NCBI GenBank assembly: GCA_028023455.1
Contig: JAQFVV010000001.1
Span: 7,688,001-7,752,000, forward strand
DNA: 64,000 nucleotides
Direction of reading: 5' to 3'
Source of the DNA: Epiperipatus broadwayi
Lineage: Eukaryota > Animalia > Onychophora
The notes under the pieces were generated by a model. That model searched no databases, was not told the origin of the DNA, and saw only the letters and a list, made by a program, of their open reading frames with translations. Shown here piece by piece: positions 37,341-50,673 of this stretch; the first letter of the stretch is position 1, and each line of letters starts with the position of its first letter. Both the position numbers and the translations under genes were made by a program.

Positions 37341-38728
37341 AATTAATATTAGAACATGGAAATAGTTCAACATATATTTACTACTAAAACATCATCACAA
37401 CAAAATTTCAGTCAAATATTTATTTTATTAATTATAAAACTGCTAATTATAGTTGTTTTATCTACTTTCTGCAAATTATTTTTCTTGATGACTTAAGAGG
37501 AATACTTTTTTAAAAAATAGTGTCATAAGTGTGTATACATGTTGAAAGACTATGTTGCAGAGAAGAGAAGATTGTTAAAATTAGTGGATAAAAATCAAAA
37601 TTGATATACATATGCATTTATTTATATTCATATGTGTATATGGATAAAACTAAAAATTGATTTACACATTTATATTTATATATAAAAAAACAACTTGACA
37701 TTTATGACTTAAAAAAAACTACTAACAGTCAAAGTAGAAGGAAAAATAAATGAAAAGCATTGGTTAAAAAAAAGTATGATTGTACATTGACATTCTTAAT
37801 TGAACCCTATAAAGATTACAGTTAATCATTTATTAGATTATGGGTCATATAATGTACAAAAATCTATTTATTGACTAGTTTACTAATGATATATTAAGAA
37901 ATTCACTAGTCACAGAAAATAATATAAAGTTAAGTGAATGCCTTCTTTCCTATTTCTTAATATTAAAAATATAATTAATCTGTTTCTCGAGAAACAGCAA
38001 GACTTTTAAAAAATTTTCATTTTTAATTGAACCCAGATTAGAACATTAACTATCTGAAAAATGAAACAAAAGATTAGAATAATCACACACATGAGCATCA
38101 TAGTTATACAAAGCAGTGAAATATACAATATTATTATTACCTTTCAAAATAAAATGTACAGTATTGGAAAAATTAATTTACAAAGTTTGTCTATAAATAG
38201 CCAAAATAATTCAAAGCAAAAAATGTAATTGAGTTGTTAGTTTTAGAAATCTTTATAGATATTTATTACTGTAGTAATTTTTAATTATATTAGCATAATG
38301 TTCTGATATTTTTAAATATTTCAAAAAAAAATGTGATTATTTAATAAAATTAACATAAAAAGAAATAATTTTCAATTTTTATTTACTATTAAAAAGCAAG
38401 ATGTAAATGGTTATATTATAAAATCTGATATTGTCAACGTGTGACAAAAATAATTTTTTTATCCAGAATGCATGTTATTTTAAAATCATATAAATTTAAG
38501 TTATTTAGTAAAGTGTCTTCTCTACGAATCAAGAATTACAAATATGGTCCAAATTTTTATCATAATATGAATAATATCAGAATCAAAATATTAATAATAA
38601 AATTTTTATCATGGAAATACCATCATAAAAAACAAATAATTCTTAAAAGTATGAACAAATAAAATTTTATTTAAATAATAAATTTTAAAATTCAATTAAC
38701 ACACATTCACTAAATAATACTGGCATAC

Positions 38729-38778
38729 CTTGGTCAGCATCTAAAATTTTTTGTTGCAAATCTGCTACTTGTGCATTT
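38729..38778 (-). CDS. KIF4: KIF4-like exon ([18 protein letters not shown]), phase 2/1
   Basis: tttcag acceptor, gtatgc donor; 50 nt; matches SAQIADLQQKLLDA. Confidence 0.93.
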
Positions 38779-41194
38779 CTGAAAATATATATATACATAT
38801 CAAAGATATGAAACATCTTTATGTAAATTAAATTGAAACTTATGCTTAAATCATTGACTATATAAATTGAAACTTATGTTTAAATCATTGACTATCTCAT
38901 AAATATGGACAAACCTGACATGGCAAAATGCAGTAGAGTCTCTCAAATTAATAAATAATAAAAATTCATGATTTAAACATGTTATTTTATCAAACTGACA
39001 ATAACAATATTGCATTTTAATTAACTATATAAGTTTTCTTAATTGTACATTAATAAAAAATTTACATTAAGGTATAATCTATACAAGGGTGAATTATATC
39101 TATTACTATCTGATAAAATGTTTTTTTTTTTTAAAAAAAGGAATCTATAAATGAAGTTTCTATAATGAAGATCATATGATTGATTATGAAAAACAGCACT
39201 GAACACTTATAATCACAGTTTAATATAATTAATAAGAACTAAATTTGTGATTAAGTAAATACATTAGTCTTAAAAATCAATTACATAGAAAAATTAATTG
39301 ATGAAGACAAAGGTTAAATTTTATTCTATACATAATTAGTTGGCAGATATATTTACAAAGCTACTGAGTAAAATAAAATGTGAATTGCTTTAAATGCTAT
39401 ACATTTTTCTTCATTTGCCTGAAATCTATTTCCAGAATTAACTGAACAATTATAATATGAATATATTTTCCATGGATATTGGAATCTATTCCTACATACA
39501 CAATGGTTGGAGTTTTCCAGTAAAACTCTTGTAACATAGATATGAATATTGCTCATTGTATTATAAACCACACATATTTTTCAATACTTCAGATGAATTA
39601 ATATAAGCTAAAGTTTCTTGTCTTCAGTACAACTCTTCAAATTACTCACCACTATTTTCATTAAAAGATTTTTCTATTTTAGTCATTAAAACATAATTTA
39701 TGTACTCTCAAATAAAATTATATTTGAAATTTTCAAACACAAAAGTTTTCACGTCCTAACATTTTTTTCTATATTTTGTGACATTGTTGTTTTATTTTTG
39801 TTAAATGAACTGTCTATAATGTTTTCAAATTTCAAACTTTTATCTTTTCATTATTGATTAAACTTTAGGTTTTAATTCAAGTTTTTCATTTATTTTTTAT
39901 AATGACCTTCCCTTCTATATTATTGGTCACAAAACCTTAGAATATATTTTTATAGAGAATGCTCACTTGGTGAAATTTTATTTTGATAAACAAGAAAATA
40001 ATATAAAAGAAATACAAACTAAAATGCAATGTAACAAAATTAAAATTTGTTTATTTTATTTTCATTTCTAGTAGCTGAAATATCTGTTCTTAATTTTTTA
40101 CATAACAGTGATCTTTTTAAACTTTATCCATCCAAGATCTAACATAAATTATTTTTATTATCAAATATTAATTTATATCTATTATAAAAAATGATTTTAA
40201 AAAGAAAATTATTTTAATCTTAATTACATTATTTAGAAGAAATGTTAAGCTTAAAGAAGACAAAGTATCTTGACTACATAGCCTTCTGATGAAATACATC
40301 GACTATTAGATGAACAGAAAATGCTATTCCATAAATGAAGCTTTCATGTTTACACTGTCATTTAAAGAGAAACATTTTTTTTTCATCTATAAATGACAAT
40401 AGAAAACATTTTTATTCTTAATAATATTTTAACTGAAAATGTAGATTACACAATAATAAATTTTCATCTTATCTTTAATTTCTAATTTCTTATGCTGGTT
40501 TATCATTTTATCTATATTATTATCATTATTATATATATATTTTAATTGTAATTTGAATTGTTTCGCATTAAATCAATAATTTCTTTCATTTAATGGCAGT
40601 TACGTTATTGTGAATTACTAAAGATTACACACATTTACTTATGAAAATAAGATATTGTTAGTATCATGTGAGATTCCTTAAGGTTAAACACAATTCTTTT
40701 CAACTGGTCGATTAAATAAATTTCTAAATAGACCTAATTTTATTAAAGTGAAAATCTCAGACTGAAAAAAAAAGACTAGTCAATTATAATTAACAGATGA
40801 ATTAAAATACTTTATATTGTAACGGGCACATACGCCGTTACATTATTTTTTTTATTATTAAACATGAAAAAAATAAAAGTTCGCAAATAAAAGCTTCTTT
40901 TTTAAGAATTAAAAATTGAAAATTAATTCTATCTTAAACTCATATATATAAAATCGCACAGATGAAAAAAAATATTAAACAAAAACTTTATTAAAGAAAA
41001 AGTATTTTAAAACTAAATTTTCAGTAAAGATTTAAAGATAAAAATATATCCAAGTTTGTACAAAACAAATTAATTAATGTTATTGAAAAAATGGAAATGA
41101 TTTGTTTTAATTAGTTAAATGTAAGCTAACCCTTGAGCATTTCATAAAATGTATAAGCAATGATCAGATAGGAGAAAACAATAGAAACTAATAG

Positions 41195-41290
41195 CCAATG
41201 AAAGAAATCCATCGGGGAATCGGACCTCAACGGAAGGATCATCATCATCGATGACGTAATGTCCATCGGATCCGAAAGTTATGTATAAAA
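41195..41290 (+). promoter_or_regulatory. Putative LTR promoter: CCAAT (41195), TGACGT (41252), TATAAAA (41284)
   Basis: Motif order and spacing shared with copy A although the flanking sequence has diverged. Confidence 0.5.
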
Positions 41291-42801
41291 GAAAAAGTTT
41301 GGAAATAAATTTTGAGTGAGTGAAGAAAATTTAAGAGAGGACTGAGATGTGTTAAGTCGGAGAGTTGGAGATGAAGGGATTGAAAAACGCACTTTCAATT
41401 CCTTCAGTGGTTATAAAAAAAAAAGAAAAGAAATGAAACATCGTTTTTTCTATATTGAGGACCACAGGATCTTCGGAGTATTTAATGCTGGATTCCAAAC
41501 GGCAAGCAACAGATAAAGAGGAGCGTTTTAAAAATCATAAGAACTTTATGAACTCTAAGCTTTAAATCTATTTCTAAAACTCCAGTATACTAAACAATAA
41601 AAACTTTAATTCTAAAACTTGTTCCGTATTTAAAATAATTGAAATAGAATCCTATCTGACCAACTTAATTTATTAATAAGTAATTTTATTTGGTGTATTT
41701 CTTTTGTAAAATCATTTCCATTTATTTATTTATTTTTTGTTCTTTTAAGTTTTTATTTATGATTTTTGTTTTTCGTTAAATTAATGTTATATAAATGTTA
41801 AATTTAAGTCAGGCGTGAATGGCTATATAGATTTGTAAAGTTTTATTAGGGGAGGGTAATCTTAGATTATTCGTTTCGTAGTTGAATTGGGTCAATGGAT
41901 TGGATATATTGGTGTAATTAGTAGATGTAGTACGAGGTTCGCTATGTGCAGAATCAAATTATACGCCCCACAACTCCTTTTGCCTATGGAATGCGATCGT
42001 AAATCAGCAAAAATGACCGCAGTCCTTTCCTATGGAGTTTTTTTTTATTGCTCTTCTCGTCAGATAGATGTAGTATTCCTATCAGGACGAGAGTCAATTT
42101 CTTCTCTTAACCCTGCTGCTCAAATGTACATTCCTGACAGTATTGTATTTCGTGTTGTCGTATTCGTATTACAATGAATACATCGATATATCAGATGGAT
42201 TGACGTTGGTTTAACTACGAGCTTTTGGCCTAGGGTTGAATAAGGGATAGAATATTTTCTTTTCAAATGCAAATCTATGTAGTCTATTCATACTCGACAC
42301 TCTAAATGCATTAAATTTAAGTTGGGTATTCGTTATCGGTTACTTACGTTTTTGGTTTTCATATTTGATCAAAATATATAGACATTCGGTAAATAATGAT
42401 ACCTTACAGTGAGTATCTAGAATGTATTTATTTGGATGTCTTTTAAGTTATTGGTGTCAATGCGGCATCTTATGATGAATGCCATTGGGTTTCTTATAAA
42501 TTTCCCTCTGCATGTCCATCAATGACTTTATATTTTGATCGTTTATGTTTATTTTGAAGTGTTTTTAACCGTGTAATCTATGTAACCAATCTATACTCAA
42601 CATTTATAAAACAAACTTATAAATCCATCTGTGCGAACTTATAAAAATTAAAATCTAAAATAAAAGTTAAAAATATAGTTAAATGCTAAAGTAAACATAC
42701 TGAAATAATAATGCTAAATTTTATATATATGTGCGTAAATAAATGTTTGTGTGTTAATTACTGGCAGTGGTTTCCTTTGTTTTGAAAATATTTTTAGATA
42801 G

Positions 42802-42963
42802 GAATATATTTTAAAAATCTTTATTAAAACTTAAATGTTTTAAATCTCTGCTACTTTGCTGAGCTAATGACAATGGGCGAACGAATATATTTTAAAAATC
42901 TTTATTAAAACTTAAATGTTTTAAATCTCTGCTACTTTGCTGAGCTAATGACAATGGGCGAAC
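42802..42963. repeat. 81-bp tandem duplication inside solo LTR B
   Basis: gaatatattttaaaaatc...gacaatgggcgaac at 42802-42882 and 42883-42963, apparently identical. Confidence 0.9.
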
Positions 42964-44471
42964 GGTCTGAATCAACCAATATAAAATAAAAAAAAAAAAC
43001 TTTTTTTTTTTTAAACTTACGTATCTGCCTACTATATAAATTTTCTAGGTTCAAATGCCTAGTGGCGCCCTGTAGTGTAGATACGTTAAGTCTCCTATTC
43101 ACCCCGATCGTTATAATATATATATGTAAAACTCTTCAAACAGAAACTAGTCAATTTAATTTTGTTTGAAGTAAAATGACATAAAATGTTAAAATTGGAA
43201 ATAAATCACAGTCAAAATAGATTTTATGTCTCATAGTAATGAATACTTTAGATTTAAATAGGACTTATTTTATACAATTTTATAAGTCTCATCATTTTAT
43301 TTTACACTATTCTTAATAAATAAGACCTTGCCAATAATTCTCATTTTAAAATTTAACATATAAATGCAGTTCATAAATTTCTATAGAGCTATCTATATTT
43401 ATGATAAAAGTAGAAAAAATGAATTGTTTGATGTAAGATTAGGAAGTTAAAAAAATTGAAATAACTTTTAAATCAATCATCTGAAATCTGTAGATACAAA
43501 ATAAAATCTATATATAATTAAAAATCAGTAATTTTAAAAAACATAGACAATCAACAAAAAAAATATATATTGTCAAAAGAAAAACTGTGATCAAAAAAAG
43601 ATGTTTATAAGATTTTTTAAGTCTGGTGAAATTTAACACTAAATTACTGAATAAATATAATTTTTGAAGACTGATTTAGAAAAAAAATAAAAAATGATAT
43701 CTATGGAGATAAAAGGTTTGTTAAGTAGATAGAGATAATTAGATAAATATCTGCAGGTAGATTACTAAACCTCCTAACAAAGAAAGCTAATTGGAGACTA
43801 TATAGTTCTGTGGTCTTCAATGTGTAATGATCAAAATAATTAAAATTCTCAAAAAATTATTAAAAGCAACTACGTAATTAGTACTAACATATTATTAAAT
43901 TTATGATTAAATATGCAACATTATGATCAGAATCAAATTCAGGCTTATATAAAATCTCTGATCTTTATTTTATTGGTGGCTTACTATCTTCATAATCTGC
44001 GTACTGTATTCTTTGTATTATCATTTATAAAGTTTTATTTTCAGCAGCTGTTTTATTATAATGGTTCTTAAAGAAAATTGTTTAAAACATCTATGTTCTC
44101 CTATTTAAAATCTGTAACAGTTTTTAAAAGATTGATAATTTTTTAATTCTTTATTTTCATACTCTAATAATTTCCTAATAAATACCCTTATACTATACTG
44201 CCAAATAAATTATATAATCATTTAACCTGTTTAAAAAAACAAAAACTGAATTGCAATTTTGTCTCAACAAATAATTTAATGTTGAGATACAGAAAATATT
44301 ACTACAACATTTAGTTTTAGTATATGTATTTTTATAATGAATATGAGCAAAAAAAAAAAAAAAGTATAAATTAGATTTGATAAAAATCTTTTACTTTGCT
44401 AGACATTTGTAATCTATATTAAATAAAAATAGTAACTTAAGTTTTTTGCAAATAAAAATAAAATTACTAAC

Positions 44472-44563
44472 CTTAGTTCAATTTCATTTTCTAAAGCTTT
44501 CATTTTTTTAAAAAGTCTGGCTTTATCCTTTGCACCTAATTTTTTATCTTCCCAAGCAACTTT
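44472..44563 (-). CDS. KIF4: KIF4-like exon (KVAWEDKKLGAKDKARLFKKMKALENEIEL-R), phase 0/2
   Basis: tttatag acceptor at 44564-44566, gttagt donor; 92 nt; phase joins both neighbours; LENEIELR resembles LETEMEFR. Confidence 0.85.
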
Positions 44564-46739
44564 CTATAAATATATACATATATATATATGTAACAAAAAT
44601 ATTTTTACCAATATATATAAATAATTATTATATCATGTAACAGCTATTCCCAAATTGTGCTAAGTTAGTAAAAAATAAATAAACTGTAATAGAGACGGTG
44701 CTGGTGATTGGTTTGTGGTCACTAATATCTATTGAGATCCCACACTAGGGGCGACCATTTATATAATCGATAGAGGCTCTAAACTTTAGTGAAGTTAACT
44801 AAATACTAATTTCTCACTCAATATCCTCTTTTGAGATTGATGATGATCAAGCTCGCATTTAATCCACCTACAAGTACTTGAAACACAGGCTATATTTTCT
44901 GATCATCATAATTTTTGTGACAAACAGCCTGAAGATCACTTTACACCAGTAGTTTTATTTTGAGTCTCCTGGCAATGACTAGTTTCAGAGTGTCATCTTC
45001 CCTTATAAGGACTGATTTCAACTTTATATAGTAATCCCTTTTATTTCACCATCAACATTCCAAGCACTAATTCAGGTCAAAGAATGGACTCATACACAGT
45101 TCAAGTGATGGGATGATGAAATAAATAATAAAAAAAATTAAGGTTTGACAATCTAATTAGTGACATCAGACAAATGCTAGGAATAATGAACTACTATATA
45201 TTTTTATTACAAAAAAAAAATAAATTCAACAATAAGAAATATAATATACAGAATAAATTAATCACTAAATTGAGTATTATTACTTTACCACAATACATAA
45301 ATATAATAAAAATAAATAAAATAAATTCACATACCATAATAATCAAGGTATAAACAAATCTTATCACTTCATTAATACCTATATTCATTGTATTATATAA
45401 TATTTAATTATATAAATTATTGTTATGAAAACATATACACTTTATTCATTTAAACACTAAATTTTGTGGTAAAAATGTAAGCTTACATGAATCAGTAGAA
45501 CCCAATAATGTCCTTAACTTTAAAAAAATTTTTTTTACGCCATCGTATTTTCTCCAGTTACACAATGTTTTTTTGAGTAGATTATACACATATAGCATGA
45601 ATAAAAAAAGCTTTAAATGCATCCCATGAGAAAATAGTCTTCATATTGATACTTCCATAAGTTGCAATAGATGAAAATAATCAAAAATTGAATAGTAAAA
45701 TAATTTATTATATTTGTGAGGATCGCATTCCTTGAAATATTTATATCATTTCCTTAGACAAAAAATATATTTATTATTGTAGATAGATCTATTAATATTG
45801 TTTATACAAGTAGCAGAGATATTTTGTACACATTTCATTTTTTAATTCCAAATACTAAGAAATGTTAATTTCTTGACAATAGCATAGAATTTAATAGAAA
45901 ACAGAACGTACAACTTCAAATTGGCGCAAGTCATTTAATAATCTTTTTTTTTTCTGGAGACACGCTGAGATGAGTGCTTGGACAATTTTTTAAAAATTTA
46001 TTTCATGTTGTAGGATAAACTAAACAACAAAACAGGTTTTAATATTTATCATTTTGATGATAATTAGGGATTTCAATATTAGAAAAATATTTTCCTTCTT
46101 TTTTCTGTTTATGCAGCCCACGTTTTTTATTAATTTAATTTTTTCAGCCAGCATCTATTTTTTTTAAACATCGGGTTATATACAAATCTAAAGAATACAG
46201 TCTTTGTAACTTTTTAATTATCAACTGATAGTACAAATTCCATACATCTTGGTTTAATTAACATTAAGATTTATTATTATTTTACAAATTATAATAATAA
46301 CATCACAATTGTATTACATTTTTTATAATTAATCCTTTATACAAAAAGATTCAAAGTGGCCTAACTTTGAAATAATTCGTTTATATCAGTATTGAATTTC
46401 TCTTTCATGAGAAACATATTATTAACTAAATTGGTATAAATTATGTTTTAATTAAGCCCCAAAACATTCTAAACTGCTTTGATTTTGTCTGTGCTTTGAA
46501 TATAATGAAGATTACAATATAAATACATTAATATTTTAATGAGGGTAATTAGAGAAGTGATTGCTAACCTATACACATAGTTTATGTCTTTAATCTTAAT
46601 TCTAAAGTTCTTCTCAATGACAATGAGGATGATTACCATCATCTTATTACAAAATAAAATAAAGACAGACATGCAAATCAAGTTCTTTGCCCATTATTCA
46701 TCACCCACTTATTGCATTTTATTTTAGCATTTCAAAGGA

Positions 46740-47830
46740 GTCTGAATTATCACCACCATTATAACAAATATTATTGATCCATTGCAGAATAAGTCTTTCC
46801 AAACTTAACCTACTTTGATTTATTTATAGCTTCTCTTTTACACTATCAATCTTATAAATGGTCTTATTCTAAGTCTTTTACAATATCTTAGGCTCCACTT
46901 TAAGAGTACAACTTTAATCTATTATCATCTCTTCTAGAAATAGATCCCACCTAGCTCCATTTCAGCCTCTTAATTCGTTAAACTTCAATGTTCTTTCACC
47001 CATATATTTCACTTTCACTCTTAAATTATTCTTAATATATATCTCTCTATACTTTGTTATGTGGTTAGAAGTTTTCATACTGCTATTTTCTAAGCATCCA
47101 AGTCTTATAACTAAATGAAGGAACTATATAAAATCTTCATTTTCAAATATATAGGCATATTTTTCTTTTTAATAAGTTATTTATCCCAAAAGCATTTTCA
47201 TTCATATTTAATTCTATGCTGAATTTCGTCTATTATGCTTCCATTTGTATTAATAATCTGGTCAAAATATTTATTGTTAATTTCTAATTCAATAACAATC
47301 TTTATTTTCTTCCATTATGAAACACTATTGAACATTATTTTAGCTTCATTTAACATTTATCTTTAGCCCTATTTTCTTGCTTTAATATAAAAATTCTTGC
47401 AATAATTCTTTAACTTGAAGCATTATTTGCAAACATAACACTATTTACAAAATCTGGATTACTTAAATAATCTGTTTATTTTTTTATTCCCTTAGCTTCA
47501 TATTTTAATCCACAAATATTTTCTGTAAAAACTATGGTAAAAGATTGCAGAAAGATGGAATCATATTTCTGTACATCTTCATCAGTGTTAATCTTCTTAG
47601 TGTCACTATATAGATTAAACATTACTGTTACATTTTGATAAATAATCTTAAAAATTTGATAATTACCTAGGTCTATATCTTGATATTCTACAGCTTTAAT
47701 CATTGTAAAAATACTGAATCAAATATCTTTTCATAACTTTCAAATCCAAAGCATAATGGCAATTCAAATTCATTGGTTCTTTATTTAGCTTCTCTCAATA
47801 AAACTGCTCAATGAATAAATAACATATATT
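46740..47830 (-). mobile_element. 5'-truncated, heavily decayed RTE-clade LINE (RT domain to 3' end)
   Basis: Broken frames: EFELPLCFGFESYEKIFDSV (PLCLAFIDYEKAFDSV), IGLKIN, YFDQII..EIQHRI, LKWS*VGSISRRDDNR, ILQWINN. Confidence 0.8.
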
Positions 47831-48609
47831 ATATGAAATTTTTATAACCATTATCATAATTGTTTTGTATTTGATAAAAAATAAGTCAAATACCAACATT
47901 GTGACAAGGTAATACTTGCCCTGAACTGGATAAAATGGTAATCACGTGGTTGCTGCAGAGATAATAATTATATTATATGAATGTTTATCAGTTTGATTTA
48001 AATCTGACCGGTGTTTTTTTTTTTTTTGTATTCATTTGTGTAAATAAACTCTTCCCTGCAGATGATAGTTTTATTGTTTCGTCATGTTTAAAAATGCAAT
48101 TTGGCCTCTTTAAAATTTGCACAACCTCCCTAAATATATATATATGTGCATAGAAAACATCAGTAATTGCACAGTTTGCTATCTTTGTATTATAGCTAGA
48201 CCAGCTTTTTTTAGAAAATGAATCAAATTTAGGAAATGTTTAAAGCAAAAAAAAATAAAATATTAAATACAAAAATTTAAAAAAAGATTTAAAAAGTCAA
48301 ATGGTTAACATTCCCTTGTGAGACAAACAAATTAGTGGGAAGAATGAAATCAACTTCATATTTATTCATTACATAATGTTTACATTATACTATTTCATTC
48401 AATTTACTTTCAGGATTTTGATTTAGCAATTTGAATAGCTGTTATGATGTAATAGTTTATCAAAAAATGTGAATGAAAATTAAATTCATTTCATGTAGTT
48501 ATCTTTTTAAATAAAATGTTTTTTTTCTTTTGTGGGGAAAAATTTTTTTTTCTAATAATCTCCCTTTTAAATGATTAATTGTACCATTCAATAAGTTGGA
48601 AAAAAAAAA

Positions 48610-48945
48610 GCTAATGGCTTTATCCTTTGAGAGTTCTTAAGAAGTTGGAGCACCAAAATTAATCCTGGGACTCCCTGACCCTAAGTCAGATGCTCTACTG
48701 CTGCACCAAACTGTGCAGGGCAAAAGGTCTATGGCTTTATTGCTCAGGAGTTTATAAGAAGTTAGAGTGCCAGAATTGATCCTGGGATCTGCAACCCCAA
48801 AACAGACCCTCTACCTACTGCGCCAAACTGCACGGGGCAAATACTAATGGCCTTATTGATCAGGAGTTCATAAAAAGTATGGAAACTAGAATCGATCCTG
48901 GAACCCCCCAATCTTAAATTGGATATTCAACCAACTGCGCCAAAC
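48610..48945 (-). mobile_element. Three tandem tRNA-derived SINE-like units (~115-120 bp each)
   Basis: A-box TGGCGCAGTTGG (48931-48942) and B-box GGATCGATTC (48889-48898), with diverged equivalents in the other two units; related body fragments at ~26715 and ~61050. Confidence 0.6.
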
Positions 48946-50131
48946 CAAAACTTTATTTGTCTATTTTAATTTTCATGAAAAATGTCAAACTAATGATTAA
49001 TCATTCTAATTGACTGACTTATCGACATAAATATATTAAATTTTCTTTAGAAAATTTGGTGATAGAAAAATATCATTTAGTATTGTTGATGCTTTCACTT
49101 TGCACCTTTTTGAATTATAATATTTTTATACATAAGATAACTTTCCATCTCCAAATAAAAAAAACCTTTTTTCTGATAATAAATTGTTTAAGTGCTTATA
49201 AAAAATTATCCCATTGCTAAATTCTTAATATGACATTATTGCTTGTGGGTTATAGAATTCACATTAAAAAAAACCAAAGATATTGAAATGGCAGCTCCAT
49301 TAAATATTCTATTTTAACTAAAGATGAATTATTTGATACATACTGGAGTATTCAGAAGTAGCTAATCATTGCAACAATAGGTTCTATTGTGTCTTAATTA
49401 TAATTCTTCACAATACCTACCAGTCCATCTCAATAAGCAGTAATTTTAGACATACTTGATTCAAGGAAAATTCATTCTTTAATCTTTAGTAAATATTCAG
49501 ATAAAAAAGAAAAAGGTTCTATGAAAAAAATAGTACAAGAAAAATGAAATAATAATAAAATTTGTAATCTTACCCAAATGATGTTTAGTAAATATTTATG
49601 TAAATGGGGAAAATAAAAATCCATCAGTTTATATAAGATAAAAATTCATAAATTAATAAATAGTCATACTGTATACATCAAATAACCAACGAAGACAATG
49701 AAATAATTATGTATTTCTACAAATAAATAATAAACAATATTTCTTTTTCTGCACTTTTAAAAGCAATCTCCTAATTATTTCAGCTGAACATGGTATTACA
49801 TTGCAAAAGATGTTAAATAGATTTTACTTCTATATTTTAAAATCTTACTCATGAATCAATAATTAATATATATCTATACACTCATAATTTTATTTATTAT
49901 ATAAGACACATTCTTATATACCATGTATTTCATATAATATATTTATTATTATTTTATAAAGGCGTTTTAATTGCTTCTGTGAATAAAATTATTTTAATAT
50001 TATTATTATAGTCTATTGATGATTGATTTATATATAATGCTTTTTTAAAATTGTTTTGTTATAAGGCTGTTTGAATATAATTGAAATTATTAAAAATACA
50101 GAAATGAAATATTTGTAAAATTATATTAACT

Positions 50132-50160
50132 CTGATGAAGACTGCCACTTGATCGGAGAC
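50132..50160 (+). ncRNA. Decayed hammerhead-like core of the 6002/62633 family
   Basis: CTGATGAAGACTG is shared; stem II 3' side and GAAAC are corrupted (GATCGGAGAC). Confidence 0.25.
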
Positions 50161-50529
50161 AAAGATAAAAATAAAATCACTTTAAAAAGTGCAAAAAAAG
50201 GTTGTACTATTATTGTACATTAAATAGAGCAATAGTGAAGATATTGAATAAAATAAATATTTTCTATATATTTGTACTTTTTTTTTTTTTTTACATATGT
50301 TTGACAACCATAGATGAAAGCTAGATTATAAGGAACATTGAGCTAAAAAAAAAAAGCATTAAAAATAATTGTATGGTTAGTTGCTCAAGAGGTTATCTAA
50401 TGTTGGAATAGTCTCAATTTAAGAACATTTAAATCTAAAGTCTTTCATCATATACTGCATTAAAATATTTATTAAAAAATATTAAAAAAATATGCATACT
50501 CTATAACAAAAATAATAAGAATAAATAAC

Positions 50530-50673
50530 CTTTGAAGGAGGCCCATCTTCAATTTTATCTTTTAGAATCACTAATTGTTCTGTCAACGTTTTTCTATCTT
50601 GAATCATATTCTGGAGATGTCTTTTTGCTTCTTCTGTGCTAACCAATACTTCAATTTCTTGAGTAAGCCAATT
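50530..50673 (-). CDS. KIF4: KIF4-like exon ([28 protein letters not shown]...GPPSK), phase 0/0
   Basis: aattag acceptor, gttatt donor; 144 nt; close match to KIF4A [20 protein letters not shown]. Confidence 0.95.

Larger units (their letters stand above)
40818..43115 (+). mobile_element. Solo long LTR (2298 bp), copy B, intronic and antisense to KIF4
   Basis: TGTAAC...GTTATA ends; TSD ATAT (40814-40817 and 43116-43119); blocks homologous to copy A. Confidence 0.8.

Noticed and set aside
44536-44538. Internal AG suggesting a 64-nt exon and a missing upstream micro-exon
   Set aside because: The upstream acceptor at 44564-44566 gives a 92-nt exon that joins in phase, so no extra exon is needed.
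48610-48945. Functional tRNA genes
   Set aside because: Only A/B boxes survive; acceptor and anticodon stems cannot be formed.
49456-49483. Candidate 28-nt micro-exon with a gtatgt donor
   Set aside because: In-frame TGA in the required phase.
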